A DNA stretch of 64,000 nucleotides from Leucoraja ocellata (taxonomy: Eukaryota): the NCBI GenBank assembly GCA_036785375.1, contig JAWMAR010000128.1, forward strand, positions 5,704,001 through 5,768,000, read 5' to 3'. Made by a program: the position numbers and the translations under genes. Under the pieces are notes generated by a model. It searched no databases. It was not told where the DNA came from and saw nothing but the letters and a program-made list of their open reading frames with translations. Shown in pieces: positions 49,464-63,142 of this stretch. How positions within the stretch are numbered: position 1 is the first letter of the stretch; each line of letters opens with the position of its first letter.

Positions 49464-49475
49464 GTGCAGCAATGA
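49464..49475 (+). CDS. IgW: IgW TM2 exon (cytoplasmic tail VQQ*)
   Basis: TTTCTTGTGTATATTACAG|GTG CAG CAA TGA, phase 0 matching TM1; followed by a unique 3'UTR and AATAAA at 50056-50061. Confidence 0.75.
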   Translation: MQQ

Positions 49476-50509
49476 CCAGCCCACACACACGCCACATTCA
49501 CTCAAGAGATCGCCATGCAGCTGCTGACGTTGACAAATGGAGTCTCCGTCTTTCACTCACTCACTCGGCAAGATGAGGCTACTGCACTGCAAACGCTCAT
49601 TACAGGAGATAAACTTGGAAATGCACTGGGGATGCTGGGGAAGAAACTGGTTGGGACTGAGGGGGGGTGGTGGGGGGGAGGGGGAGTTGGGGGGGGGGTG
49701 GGAGGGGGGGGGAGGGGGTGGGGGGACAGAATAGGACATTACAGTGGGTGGCATTCAGGAGTGGGAGAGGAAGGCAGGATTAATGTTTGGGAAAGGGGAG
49801 CAGGGGATGGGAATGTGATGAGTGAAGGAGAAGAGGGCAGTGTGGGAGGGGGGAGGGATGCGCTGATATTGTGGAGCAAGAAGGGGGCATGGGGAGGGGA
49901 GAAGGAACAGGAAGCAATGTGGTCGAGGGGGGGATGATGCTTGGGGACTTGCTCAATCAGATTTTGTAAAGCAGATGTTGTTTAACTCATTGTCTGCAGC
50001 TTATTTTTTAATTTTTCTGCTGAACTGCATGTTTTCATTTGAAATTAGATACATAAATAAAAGAAAATAACAAGAACATGAAATGTTTGGAGTTGATCAT
50101 CACTTTACTCATCACTATAGGGACCAGCTGAGGATGTTGCCAGGACTTTACAAGGATGTTGCCAGGACTCGAGGGTGTGAGCTACAGGGAGAGGTTGAGC
50201 AGGCTGGGTCTCTATTCTTTGCAGCGTAGGAGGATGAGGGGCGATCTTATAGAGGTGTACAAAATCATGAGAGGAATAGATCGGCTAGATGCACAAGAGT
50301 CTTTTACCCAGAGTAGGGGAATCGGGAACCAGTGGACATGGGTTCAAGGTGAAATGGAAAAGATTTAAAAGGAATCCGAGGGGTAGCTTTTTCACACAGA
50401 GGGTTGTGGGTGTATGGAACAAACTGCCAGAGGAGGTAGTCCATTGTTTAAGAAACAGTTGGACAGGTACATGGATAGGACAGGTTTGGAGTGATATCGA
50501 CCAAGAGCA

Positions 50510-53500
50510 GGCAAATTTTGCAAGGGAGATTTGCGAAGGCTACGGGGGAGACTTTAAACTAGAACGGTTGGGGGGAGGGACTCAAATAGAGAAAGCTAGT
50601 AGACAGTGTGTAAGGCAGGAAGCAGAGAGGGAAGCACTCAGACCCAACATGTAGGGGAGAAAAAAAACAAAGATAATAAACAGAGAATAAGAGAGGGTGG
50701 GTTTCTTAAATGTGTATATTTTAATGCTAGGAGCATTGTAAGAAAGGTGGATGAGCTTAGAGCCTGGATTGACACCTGGAAGTATGATGTTGTGGCGATC
50801 AGTGAAACATGGTTGCAGGAGGGCTGTGATTGGAAACTAAATATTCCAGGATTTCGTTGCTTCAGGTGTGATAGAATTGGAGGGGCAAGAGGTGGAGGTG
50901 TTGCATTGCTAGTCAGGGAAAATATTACAGCAGTGCTTTGGCAGGATAGGTTAGAGGGCTCGTCTAGGGAGGCTATTTGGGTGGAATTGAGAAATGGGAA
51001 AGGTGTAGCAACACTTATAGGGGTGTATTATAGACCGCCAAATGAGGAGCGAGAATTGGAAGAGCAAATATGTAAGGAGATAGCAGATATTAGTAGTAAG
51101 CACAAGGTAGTGATTGTGGGAGATTTCAATTTTCCACACATAGACTGGGAAACACATTCTGTAAAAGGGCTGGATGGTTTGGAGTTTGTAAAATGTGTGC
51201 AGGATAGTTTTTTGCAGCAATACATAGAGGTACCTACTAGAGGAGGGGCAGTGCTGGACCTCCTGTTAGGAAATGAGACGGGACAGGTGGCGGAGGTATG
51301 CGGTTGGGGAGCACTTCGGGTCCAGTGATCACAATACCATTAGTTTCAATATAATTATGGAGAAGGTCAGAACTGGACTAGGGTTGAGATTTTTGATTGG
51401 AGAAAGGCTAACTTTGATGAGATGCGAGATGATTTAAAAGGAATGAACTGGGACATTTTGTTTTATGGGAAAGATGTAGAAGAGAAATGGAGGACATTTA
51501 AAGGGGAAATTTTAAGAGTACAGAATCTTTATGTTCCTGTTCGGTTGAAAGGAAACAGTAAAAATTGGAAAGAGCCCTGGTTTTCAAGGGAAATTGGACA
51601 TCTTGTTCGGAAAAAGAGGGAGATCTACAATAATTATAGGCAGCATGAAGTAAATGAGGTGCTTGAGGAGTATAAGGAATGTAAAAAGAATCTTAAGAAA
51701 GAAATTAGAAAAGCTAAAAGAAGATATGAGGTTGCTTTGGCAAGTAAGGTGAAAGTAAATCCAAAGGGTTTCTACAGCTATATTAATAGCAAAAGGATAA
51801 CGAGGGATAAAATTGGTCCATTGGAGAGACAGAGTGGACAGTTATCTGCAGAGCCAAAAGAGATGGGGGAGATATTGAACAATTTTTTTTCTTCGGTATT
51901 CACCAAGGAGAAGGATATTGAATTATGTGAGGTAAGGGAAACTAGTAGAGTAGCTATGGGTACTATGAGGTTCAAAGTAAAAGAAATACTGACACTTTTG
52001 AAAAATATAAAAGTGGATAAGTCTCCAGGTCCTGACAGGATATTCCCTAGGACATTGAGGGAAGTTAGTGTTGAAATAGCCGGGGCTATGACAGAAATAT
52101 TTCAAATGTCATTAGAAACGGGAATAGTCCCCGAGGATTGGCGTACTGCGCATGTTATTCCATTGTTTAAAAAGGGTTCTAAGAGTAAACCTAGCAATTA
52201 TAGACCTGTTAGTTTGACTTCAGTGGTGGGCAAATTAATGGAAAAGATACTTAGAGATAATATATATAATCATCTGGATAAACAGGGTCTGATTAGGAAC
52301 AGTCAACATGGATTTGTCCCTGGAAGGTCATGTTTGACTAATCTTCTTGATTTTTTTGAAAAGGTTACTAGGGAAATTGATGAGGGTAAAGCAGTGGATG
52401 TTGTCTATATGAACTTCAGAAAGGCCTTTGACAAGGTTCCTCATGGAAGGTTGGTTAAGAAGGTGCAATTGTTGATTATTAATGGTGGAGTAGCAAGATG
52501 GATTCAACAGTGGCTGAATGGGAGATGCCAGAGAGTAATGGTGGATGGCTGTTTATCAGGTTGGAGGCTGGTGACTAGTGGGATGCCTCAGGGATCTGTG
52601 TTGGGTCCACTGTTGTTTGTCATGTACATCAATGATCTGGATGATGGTGTGGTAAATTGGATTAGTAAGTATGCAGATGACACTAAGATAGGTGGTGTTG
52701 TGGATAATGAAGTAGATTTTCAAAGTATACAGAGAGATTTAGGCCATTTGGAAGAGTGGACTGAAAGATGGCAGATGGAGTTTAATGCTGATAAGTGTGA
52801 GGTGCTACATCTTGGCAGGACAAATCAAAATAGGACGTACATGGTAAATGGTAGCGAATTGAGGAATGCAGTTGAATAGAGGGATCTAGGAATAACTGTG
52901 CATAGTTCCCTGAAGGTGGAATCTCATGTAGATAGGGTGGTAAAGAAAGCTTTTGGTATGCTGGCCTTTATAAATCAGAGCATTGAGTATAGAAGTTGGG
53001 ATAGAAACATGAAACATAGAAAATAGGTGCAGGAGTAGAGGCCATTCGGCCCTTCGAGCCTGCACCGCCATTCAATATGATCATGGCTCATCATCCAACT
53101 CAGTATCCTGTACCTGCCTTATCTCCATACCCCCTGATCCCTTTAGCCACAAGGGCCACATCTAACTCCGTCTTAAATATAGCCAATGAACTGGCCTCAA
53201 CTACCTTCTGTGGCAGTGAATTCCACAGATTCACCACTCTCTGTGTGAAAAATGTTTTTTTCATCTCGGTCCTAAAAGATTTCCCCCTTATCCTTAAACT
53301 GTGACCCCCTTGTTCTGGACTTCCCCAACATCGGGAACAATCTTCGTGCATTAAGAATTTTGTAAGTTTCTATAAGATCCCCCCTCAATCTTCTAAATTC
53401 TAACGAGTACAAGCCGAGTCTATCCAGTCTTTCTTGAAATGAAAGTCCTGCCATCCCAGGAATCAGTGTGGTGAACCTTCTCTGTACTCCCTCTATGGCA

Positions 53501-54385
53501 AGAATGTCTTTCCTCAGATTAGGAGACCAAAACTGTACGCAATACTCCAGGTGTGGTCTCACCAAGACCCTGTACAACTGCAGTAGAACCTCCCTGCTCC
53601 TATACTCAAATCCTTTTGCTATGAATGCTAACATACCATTCACTTTCTTCACTGCCTGCTACACCTGCATGCCTACTTTCAATGACTGGTGTACCATGAC
53701 ACCCAGGTCTCGTTGCATCTCCCCTTTTCCTAATCGGCCACCATTCAGATAATAGTCTATGTCCTGTTTTTGCCACCAAAGTGGATAACTTCACATTTAT
53801 CCACATTGTAATGGATGTAATGTTAAAATTGTACAAGGCATTGGTCAGGCCAATTCTGAAGTATGGTGTACAATTTTGGTCGCCTAATTATAGGAAAGTT
53901 GTCAACAAAATAGAGCGAGTAGAGAGGAGATTTACTAGAATGTTGCCTGGTTTTCAGCGACTAAGTTGCAGAGAAAGGTTGAACAAGATTTATTCTTTAT
54001 TCTTTGGAGCGAAGAAGGTTAAGGGGGGACTTGATCAAGGTCTTTAAAATTATGAGAGGGATAGACAGAGTTGACGTGGACCAGCTTTTTCCATTGAGAG
54101 TAGGGAAGATTCAAACAAGAGGACATGATTTGAGAATTAAGGGACAAAAGTTTCGGGGTAGTGGTAGCTGTGTGGAATGAGCTTCCAGTGGAAGTGGTGG
54201 AGGCAGGTTCGATTTTATAATTTAAAAATAAATTGGATAGGTATATGGACAGGAAAGGAATGGAGGGTTATGGTCTGAGTGCAGGTAGATGGGTCACGGT
54301 GAGAGTACGTTTTTAGCACGGACTCGAAGGGCTGAGATGGCCTGTTTCCATGCTGTAACTTTTATATGATTATATGGTTATATAT
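50510..54385 (+). mobile_element. Near full-length ORF2 CR1 LINE of a second subfamily, with a nested antisense CR1 (53004-53807)
   Basis: LKCVYFNARSI endonuclease start, ETWL, GDFN, RT with KYADD; frameshift near 51300; host resumes at ~53808. Confidence 0.9.
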
Positions 54386-55559
54386 GTGGGACTAGGGTAG
54401 CTGGGATATTGTTGGCCGGTGTGGGCATGTTGGGCCGAAGGGCCTGTTTCCACACTGTATTAATCTATGACTGTATGAGTGCACCAAATACACCAGATAC
54501 TGGGCTAAAACTCATCAGGAGAGGACATGGACAGGTTCAGAATAGGATACAACAGATACTGAGGAGTCAACACCAGCACCTGATCCAAATCGCATAGGTC
54601 TGAGGGCCAGACATTGCAGGAAAGCCCAAGGGGGCCGGGTATTGGAGGAACACACCCCGGGGAAAAGACATTGGAGACATGACCAGACAATGGTAGACCT
54701 CCGGGGAGGGTTGTAGAGCAGAGGGGTCTAGGAGTACAGGTGCATGTTTCCTTGAAGGTGGAGTTGCAGGTAGATAGGGTGGTCAACAAGGCTTTTGACA
54801 CATTGGCTTTCATCAGTCAGAGTATTGAGTATAGAAGTTGGGAGGTCATGTTCGAATTCTCTGCCTCGGAGGGCGGTGGAGGCCAGTTCTCTGGATACTT
54901 TCAAGAGAGAGCTATATAGGGCTCTTAAAGATAACGGAGTCAGGGGATATGGGGAGAAGGCAGGAACGGGCTACAGATTATGGATGATCAGCCATGATCA
55001 CATTGAATGGCGGTGCTGGCTCGAAGGGCCGAATGGCCTATTCCTGCACCTATTATCTAATATATGTCATTGATGGGACCACATATACAGTATTGTGTTC
55101 AGTTCTGGGCACAATGTTATTGTGAAGATGCCAACAAGCTGGAAGGGTACAGAGAAGGATGTTGCCGGGATATCAGGGTCGGCTACAGGGAGAGGTTGCG
55201 TAGGCTGGGACTCTATTCCATGGAGCGCAGGAGGATGAGGGGAGGATCTTATAGAGGTGTACAAAATCATGAGTGGAATAGATCGGGTAGATGCACAGAG
55301 TCTCTTGCCCAGAGTAGGGGAATCGAGGACCAGAGGACACGGGTTCAACGTGAAGGGGAAAAGATTGAATGGGAATCTGAGGGGTAAATTTTCCACAGAG
55401 AGGGTGGTGGGTGTACGGAATGAGCTGCCGGAGGAGGTAGTTGAGGCTGGGATTATCCCAATATTTAAGAAACAGTTGGACAGGTACATGGATAGGACAG
55501 GGTTGGAAGGATGTGGGCCAAACACAGGCAGGTGGGACTAGTGGGACATGGAAACAATT

Positions 55560-56075
55560 GATGAAATCAATATTCATACTGCTGGGTTGTAAGCTGTCCA
55601 AGTGAAATATGAGATGCTGTTCCCCCAATTCGTGTTTCGTCTCTGACAATGGAGGAGGTCCAGGACAGAAAGGTCAGTGTGGGAATGGGAAGGGGAATTA
55701 AAGTGTTTTGCAACCGGGAGATCAGGTTGGTCCAGGCAGACTGAGCGACGGTGATCAGTGAAACGATCGCCCAATCTACGTTTGGTCTCGAAAAAGGGAG
55801 AAAGCAAGGACTACCTGAAATAGCAGTATGAACATTGCCTTCTCCAATTTCAGGTAGTCCCTGCTTTCTCCCTCTTTCCTCGCCCCTTCCCAGCTCTCCC
55901 ACAGCCTACTGCCTCCGCCTCTTCCTTTCTTCTACACACCCCCAGTCTGAAGAAGGGTCTCGACCCGAAAGGTCACCTATTCCTTCTCTCCATAGATGCT
56001 GCCTCACCCGCTGAGTTTCTCTAGCATTTTTGTCTACCTTCGATTTTTCCAGAATCTGCAGTTCCTTCTTAAACA
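55560..56075 (-). mobile_element. Penelope-like fragments (GIY-YIG C-terminus on minus strand plus an inverted terminal repeat)
   Basis: ETKRRLGDRFTDHRRSVC...LPVAKHFNSPSHSHTDL...EQHLIF...QPSSMNIDF. Confidence 0.8.
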
Positions 56076-57485
56076 ATCTCTTTCCCAATGTCACAGCTAC
56101 AGACACAGGCCTTTAATTGCACAGATTTCATGGACTGACTTTAAACTCCTCATTGCTGTGGTGTGGTGGGGACACGGTCTCCAGATCACACACCCAACTT
56201 CTGAATGACATAATTCACTGGAACATTGTGGCAGTGTATCCCTACTGAAGCACAATACAGAGAGGCCAACACAATACAGACCCAGCCCACTCACACTGCC
56301 TTTGCACACCTTCATTCCATCTACCTCCTTGTCCTCTCTCTTTCTCTCTCCTGCTCCATACACCACTGTTCACAATGATCCCTCTGCCTTCCACTTTATA
56401 ACACACTGCAACAGTCTGCCTTTTTCGCTCGATTATACATCTTTCCCCTTGTCCTCCTCTCTCTCTGTGCCTGTCTCTGTCTGTCTGTCTCTCTCACTCT
56501 GTCTCTCTCTGTCCCTCACTCTGTCTGTTTCTCTCTTTCTCTCTGTCTTTGTCTCTCGGTTTTGGTCTCTCTTTCTGTCTCTCAACAAGACAATATCTTC
56601 CATGTTCCACAACAGCATGATGACAGCAGCAAACAGAGACAACATCTGTTGCTCAGCAGCCAGACCCCCTCCCACCCTCACATTCCGACCGTCTATAAAG
56701 ACAGGACGATGGAACAAACGAGGACCTTACAATGCCACTGGCCTCTGCTCGCTCCAGGAATGTCTGCTCTGACCCTGGTCTCCCATCTCCTCCGATTTTC
56801 CCTCCAGAAGTGCTGCCACTCCTCCAGTATATTTCCCACACTTCGCTGCTGGCAAATAACGGCCTTGACTTCTGCTTTGTCTCTGCTTCTCTCCTCTCAG
56901 CCAATGGCTAGAAAAATGTGTGGGAAGGAAGTGCAGACTGCAGAACTGCAGTCTATCTGGTTTACTCTGAAGATGGACACGAAATGCTGGAGTAACTCAG
57001 CGGGACAGGCAGCATCTCTGGAGAGAAAGAATGGGTGACGTTTTGGGTCAAGTCCCTTTCTTCTCAAGAGTTAGATTTAGCTCTTAGGGCTAAGGGAATC
57101 AGGGGATATGGGGGAAAGCAGGAACGGGGTACTGATTTTAGATGATCAGCCATGATCATACTCAATGACAGTGCTGGCTCGAAGGGCCGAATGGGGGTGG
57201 ACGGATGTTTTTCAAATTTTAAAACAGCTACTGGGCATATTTTGTGCTGATTCAGTTTATAACTGTGGCAATTTGGGAAGGCAACTGTGGCAACTTTAAC
57301 AACTTGTAAACAAAGATCACAGCTTCAAATCCCGCCAGTGCCCATATTTACTTCCCTTTTACAGGGTGGCACAGTGGTGCAGCAGATAGAGCTGCTGCCT
57401 CATAGACTCAGGTATGATCCTGACCTCAGGTGCTGTCTGTGAAGTTTGCATGTTCTCCCTGTGACCGGGTGAGTTTTTGTCCAGG

Positions 57486-57807
57486 AACAGTCTGAAGAAA
57501 TTCCACATCACATCAAGCAACTGGGAGCACATTGCACTGGACAGGCACTCCTGGAGGAAATCCGTGCAGGAAGGAGCTGCTCGTCACAAAATGAACCTAC
57601 GCCATGTCGCAGCGACAAAGCGACAGCACCGTAAGGAGAGAGAGAAGGGGGCTCGATGACTACCAACCACCGCCAGTCTCCACTGCCCACATTGCACCAA
57701 GGTGTCGACCTCTACAGACATCTGTCTGCAGACCCACAAGTGGACGACCCTATGGAGAGGAGAGGGCAGTCATACTTGTTTCGAGTGACCACCGATGATG
57801 ATGATGA
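57486..57807 (+). mobile_element. RTE-clade LINE 3' fragment nested in a V-SINE
   Basis: NSLKKFHITSSNWEHIALDRHSWRKSVQEG; (GAT)n tail; 10-bp TSD TTTGTCCAGG (57476-57485, 57808-57817). Confidence 0.75.
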
Positions 57808-58136
57808 TTTGTCCAGGTGCTCTGGTTTCCTCCCACATCTCAAAGACATACGTGTTTGTACATTAACTCAAGCTAACTAGGTTATCCCACTTTCTTATCT
57901 ATTCCCTGCACAACAGTGTAATTTACAAAAACTGTGGTCAGCGTGCACTTGGAGGGCAGAAGGGCCTGTTTCCCAACAATGGGGAATTAGGGGAGGGCAC
58001 CATCAATTATGTTTGTTTGCTCTGGGCACTGTGAGCTGCAGGTGCTGGTTTACACCGAAGATAGACACAAAATGTTGGAGTAACTCAGCGGGACCAGGCA
58101 GCATCTCTGAAGAGAAGGAATGGGTGACGTTAAACG

Positions 58137-59200
58137 ATCCTGGTGAACATCTACCGCTGCACCATCGAGAGCATCCTTACCAACTGCATCACAGTGTGGT
58201 ATGGCAACTGCTCTGTCTCCGACCGGAAGGCATTGCAGAGGGTGGTGAAAATTGCCCAACGCATCGCCGGTTCCTCGCTCCCCTCCATTGAGTCTGTCCA
58301 AAGCAAGCGCTGTCTGCGGAGGGCGCTCAGCATCGCCAAGGACTGCTCTCACCCCAACCATGGACTGTTTAACCTCCTACCATCCGGGAGGCGCTACAGG
58401 TCTCTCCGTTGCCGAACCAGCAGGTCGAGGAACAGCTTCTTCCCGGCGGCTGTCACTCTACTCAACAACGTACCTCGGTGACTGCCAATCACCACCCCCC
58501 CCGGACACTTATTATTATTTATTCAAATCATTTGCTATGTCGCTCTTCAGGGAGATGCTAAATGCATTTGTTGTCTCTGTACTGTACACTGACAATGACA
58601 ATTAAAATTGAATCTGAATCTGAATCTGGGGTTGAGACCCTCCCCGGCTGTCTGAAGAAGGGTCTCGACCCGGAACATCACCCATTCCTTCTCAAGTCAA
58701 GTCAAGTCAAGTCTATTTGTCACATACACATACGAGATGTGCAGTGAAATGAAAGTGGCAATGCTCGCGGACTTTTGTGCAAAAGACAAACAACAAAACA
58801 ACCAAACAAACTATAAACACAATCATAACACACATATTCTTTTTCATAATAAATAATGGAAGGAAAAAACGTTCAGTAGAGTTAGTCCCTGGTGAGATAG
58901 GCGTTTACAGTCCGAATGGCCTCTGGGAAGAAACTCCTTCTCAACCTCTCCGTTCTCACCGTATGGCAACGGAGACGTTTGCCTGACCGTAGCAGCTGGA
59001 ACAGTCCGTTGCAGGGGTGGAAGGGGTCTCTCATGATATTGTTGGCTCTGGAGTTGCACCTCCTGATGTATAGTTCCTGCAGGGGGTGAGTGAAGTTCCC
59101 ATAGTGCGTTCGGGCCGAACGCACTACTCTCTGCAGAGCCTTCTTGTCCTTGGCAGAGCAATTCCCAAACCAGATGCCAATGTTCCCGGACAAGATCTCT
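58137..59200. mobile_element. Two Rex1/Babar-like 3' fragments (58137-58627 +, 58693-59200 -)
   Basis: [19 protein letters not shown] with (AATCTG)n tail; the minus copy is near-identical to the 3' end of 15916-17110 with (GACTT)n tail. Confidence 0.85.
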
Positions 59201-60224
59201 CCAGAGATACTGCATGTCCCACTGAGTTACTTCAGATTTTTGTGTCTAACTTTGTTTGACCAGTCTACAATAAATGGACATTACTTTGTGAAATGCCACT
59301 TTCGCAATGTTTCCACTAGTGGGAGATACGGAAAGGACGTTCCTTTAGGAAGGAGATGAGGAGGAATTTATTTAGTCAGAGGGTGGTGAATCTGTGGGAC
59401 TCATTGCCACAGACGGCCACGGAGGCCAAGTCAACGGCCTTTTTAAGGCAGAGATAAATAAATTATTGATTAGAACGGACGTCAGGGGTTATGGGGAGTA
59501 GGCAGGAGAATGGTGTTGAAAGGGAAAGATAGATCAGCCGTGATTGAATGACGGAGTAGACTTGATGGGGCCAAATGGCCTAATTCAGCTCCTATCACTT
59601 ACGACCTTTCCTTGGAATCTGAATGGACTTTGCGGTTTGGTGTTTCTTGTTTGGAAATGGTTGCTCAGCTTTGAAGAGTAAGGTCGGCTTGGCGGAGTGA
59701 GTGTGAAGGGAGACAGGAGACGGCTGATGGGTGAATGGCCTTATTCCGCAGTGGAACCGGTTACAACTGCCTCTCCCTCACACTGACCCCACCTCCCAAA
59801 CTCACTGCAACACCTGCTAACCCCTGACCTTCCACATTCAGTCTGACCCCTGACCTCAACCCTCGTCCAATGCAAGTCGGGGAAGCCCAGCCCTTTAACC
59901 CTGACCCCCCATCCCTTCACCTCTGACCCTGGCCCAGGTCAGGATACCAAGGCGGTCGTGATCTCGGGAAAGCCATTCACTCTGACCACCTGCCGTCTGA
60001 CCCCCCCCTCATAACCCCTGACCCTGAGGTCAGCGCAGGACAGGCCTGAGCTCGGGAAAGTGCTGGTGTGACCTTTTGACCATTGACTCCCACCCTCTGA
60101 CCCCAACCCCATGCCAGAGGTCACTCCAGCAGGTGGTGGAGGCTGGGTCTGACCCCGGGCTGGGGGTCAGTGGAGTAGGTGGATGGCCAGCCAGAGGTTG
60201 ACCCCTGACCCGTGACCCTGGGGG

Positions 60225-60733
60225 TCAGTGGAGGGAGGTTGTCGATGGCCGCCTGTAGCCCGGGGAACGGTACGGTAGCCGCTGGCCAGTGTGCGGCGAG
60301 GGTTCCACCCACTGGCCCTGCAGCAGCAGCAACGCCCGCTCTGACCCCAGTGCAGCCTGCACCAATTGCAGCCGGCACCCGCAGCCGGGCTCCACGCCCG
60401 GCGGGGGCGGGGGCCTCCGCAAACTCCCCCTGGGAGTGCAGCGAGATGGGGCAACACCATTCAACACCCCCTCCACCTCTCCCAACCTCCTCCCCCCCTC
60501 CCTCACTCCCTTCCCCTCACCCCCTCCCCCTCCCCCTCCACCGTCCCACGCACCCTCGCCCCCTCCCCCTCCCTCTGCCCCCCCTCCAGCGCGTGCAGCA
60601 AGATCCCAGCCAGGTCTTCCACGTGGATCCAGGGGAAGGGCTGGGAGGCCGGAGCCCAGCGGCCCCCCAAGGCCATCCGAAACGGCAGCAGCATCGGCGC
60701 AGCTGCTCCCCCCTCTCTCCCCCAGGACCACTC
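60225..60733 (-). CDS. SDR39U1: SDR39U1 (epimerase family) last coding exon, apparent frameshifts
   Basis: GVVLG...MLLPFRM...QPFPWIHVEDLAGILLHALE...GVLNGVAP...VQAALGSERALLLLQGQWV...RRTLASGY...FPGLQAAIDNL, spread over three frames; acceptor CTGCAG|. Confidence 0.85.
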
Positions 60734-62723
60734 CTGCAGCGGGCGGTGGGGGGAGGGGATAGAGAGGGGAGACGGGGGGGGGGGGGGAGAGGGGGGTGGG
60801 TGAGAGAAAGTGGGGTAAAAGAAAGAGTGGTGAGAGATGAAGCAGACACCCCAGGAACAGACGTAGCGGAGGGATGGACCCACCATGTGGGATGGATTCA
60901 GAGGACGGACGGATGCTGGGGGACAGAAACAGGGGACGGACAGAACGCAGGAAGAGGGAGACAGGTGACTGTAGTGTGTGTAATGGTGACTGTACCTTGA
61001 AGAATTGATGGTGTGGTATTAGTTTAGTTTAGAGATACAGCATGGAAACAGGCCCTTCGGCCCAACTTGCCCATACAGGCCAAACAATGTCCCAGCTACA
61101 CTAGCTCCTCCTGCCTGCATTTGGTCCATATCCCTCCAAACCCGTCCTATCCATGTACCTGTCTAACTGTTTCTTAAAACGATGGGACAGTCCCAGCCTC
61201 AACTACCTCCTCTGGCAGCTCGTTCGTACACACCACCTCCCTTTGTGTGAAAAAGTCACCCCTCAGATTCCTATTAAATCTTTTCCACTTCTATGTCCTC
61301 TGGTCTGCGATTCCCCTACTCTGGGCAAGAGACTAAGAAACATGGAACATAGGAGGAGGCCATTCGAGCCAGCACCGCCATTCAAGATAATATTGGTGAT
61401 CACCCCAGTCCCTGCTTTCTCCCCATATCCCTCGATTCCGTTAGACCTAAGGGCTAAATCTAACCGGACGGGGCGTGGAAGGACGAGAAGCCGAAGCGAA
61501 GAAGTGGAAGCCAAGATACCGAGTGGAAATGATGGCTGTTAAACTGAACGGAACCACACCGATAAACCAAATAACGGACATAATGTCTCTGGGGACAGGA
61601 TTTGTCCGAGACCTTGTCAGCGATGGTCCAGACCCCCACGTCCATCAAACCACTGGCCGGGGGAGACGGGAGATGGGGGGGATTTTTAATTTCCCTAATT
61701 TTCGCTTTTGGACTGCTAAAGAGCGGATTATTTTTGTAAGCATGGATCTACCACGGTGCTTAGGGTTAAGAGGCTGGAATCTCTCTCTCTCTCTCCCCCT
61801 CTCTCTCTCTCTCCTCTTACCCCCCCCCCCCCCCTCACTTATCTATCTATCTCACTCTCTCGCTCTCTCTTCGGCATTCCCGGAATGCTTTGGCGTTTTA
61901 CAAAGACAACTGCATCTGCAGTTCCTCCCTAATGAAGAAGAACCCTGGCCCGAAACAACTCCTAATCCATTCCTTCCACAGATGCCGCCTGGCCCGCTGA
62001 GTTCCTCCAGCACTCTGTGTTTTTTATTTAACTCTGAAATTGAAGATAGACACAAAAAGCTAGACTAACTCAGCGGGACAGCAGCATCTCTGGATAGAAG
62101 GAATGAGTGACGTTTCGGGTCGAGACCCTGCTTCAGACAATCACAAGTACTATCACCGACAAGAGTTCAGTTCAGTCTGAAGAAGGGTCACGACCCGAAA
62201 CGTCACCCATTGCTTCTCTCAGAGTCACTGCCTGTCCCGCTGAGTTACTCCAGCAATTTTCTTCTACCTTCGGTGTGAATCAGCATCTGCAGTTCCTTCC
62301 TACACTGTTCTAGTAAATCTTGTCTGCGTCTCTGCCGTGCTTCCGCGCTGTACAGTGCAGTGTCCAATATCCCAGCCTTAATGAAACCAATATTTTAATG
62401 AAGTTCAACACAATCTCCTTGCCTTTGTACCCTGCACCTTCAGTTACAAACCCGTGCAAATGGTTGGCACTGTTGGTACCTGTTGCACGCATATTTTTTC
62501 AATTTCCCCTATCACCCCAGAGTGTATTTCCTATTGGAAAGCAGAATATAGTTGATGCGCGGTCGGTTAGATCAGATGAAAGCTGGTTCCGAGGTCGGGA
62601 CGACCGACCGTGGGGACAGGGGACAGGGGACGGACCAACTGTGGGCGACAGAGTCAGGGATGGACTGACCGTGGGGGAGGAGACAGGGACGGACAGACCC
62701 GGGGGGAAAGGGGGTGGGTTTAC

Positions 62724-62876
62724 CTGCACGGACCACCACCTGCCTCACGAGCCGACCTATTCCCTCGGGCAGTCGGGCCGCTGACTCCCAGTCACCCACC
62801 AACCGCGAGAAGAAGTCAAAGTCACCGCCAAGACCCCCTCCGTGGTACTCCTCCCGCAGGCTGGGCCGGTAGTAGC
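62724..62876 (-). CDS. SDR39U1: SDR39U1 internal exon
   Basis: CCCAG| GYYRPSLREEY...GGDFDFFSRLVGDWESAARLP...RQVVVRA G|GTAAA. Confidence 0.92.
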
Positions 62877-63142
62877 CTGGGGATGTGGGGAGAGGGCGAG
62901 GGGGGGGGGGAAGAGAAATAAGGGGGGAGGAGAGAAAGGAAGAGGTAAGAGAAAGGGGAGGGGGAGGAGAGACCGGGGGGAGGGGAGAGATGGGGAGGGG
63001 AGAGCAGGGGAGGAGAGAGGGGGGAGGGGAGAGATGGGGAGAGAGGGGGAGGGGAGAGATAGGGAGGCGAGAGCAGGGGAGGAGAGAGGGGGGAGGGGAG
63101 AGATGGGGAGGGAGAGATGGGGAGGGGAGAGAGGGAAAAGAA

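Noticed and set aside
61475-62068. 197-aa plus-strand ORF inside an SDR39U1 intron
   Set aside because: Concatenation of unidentified sequence, microsatellite and Penelope repeat; no recognisable domain
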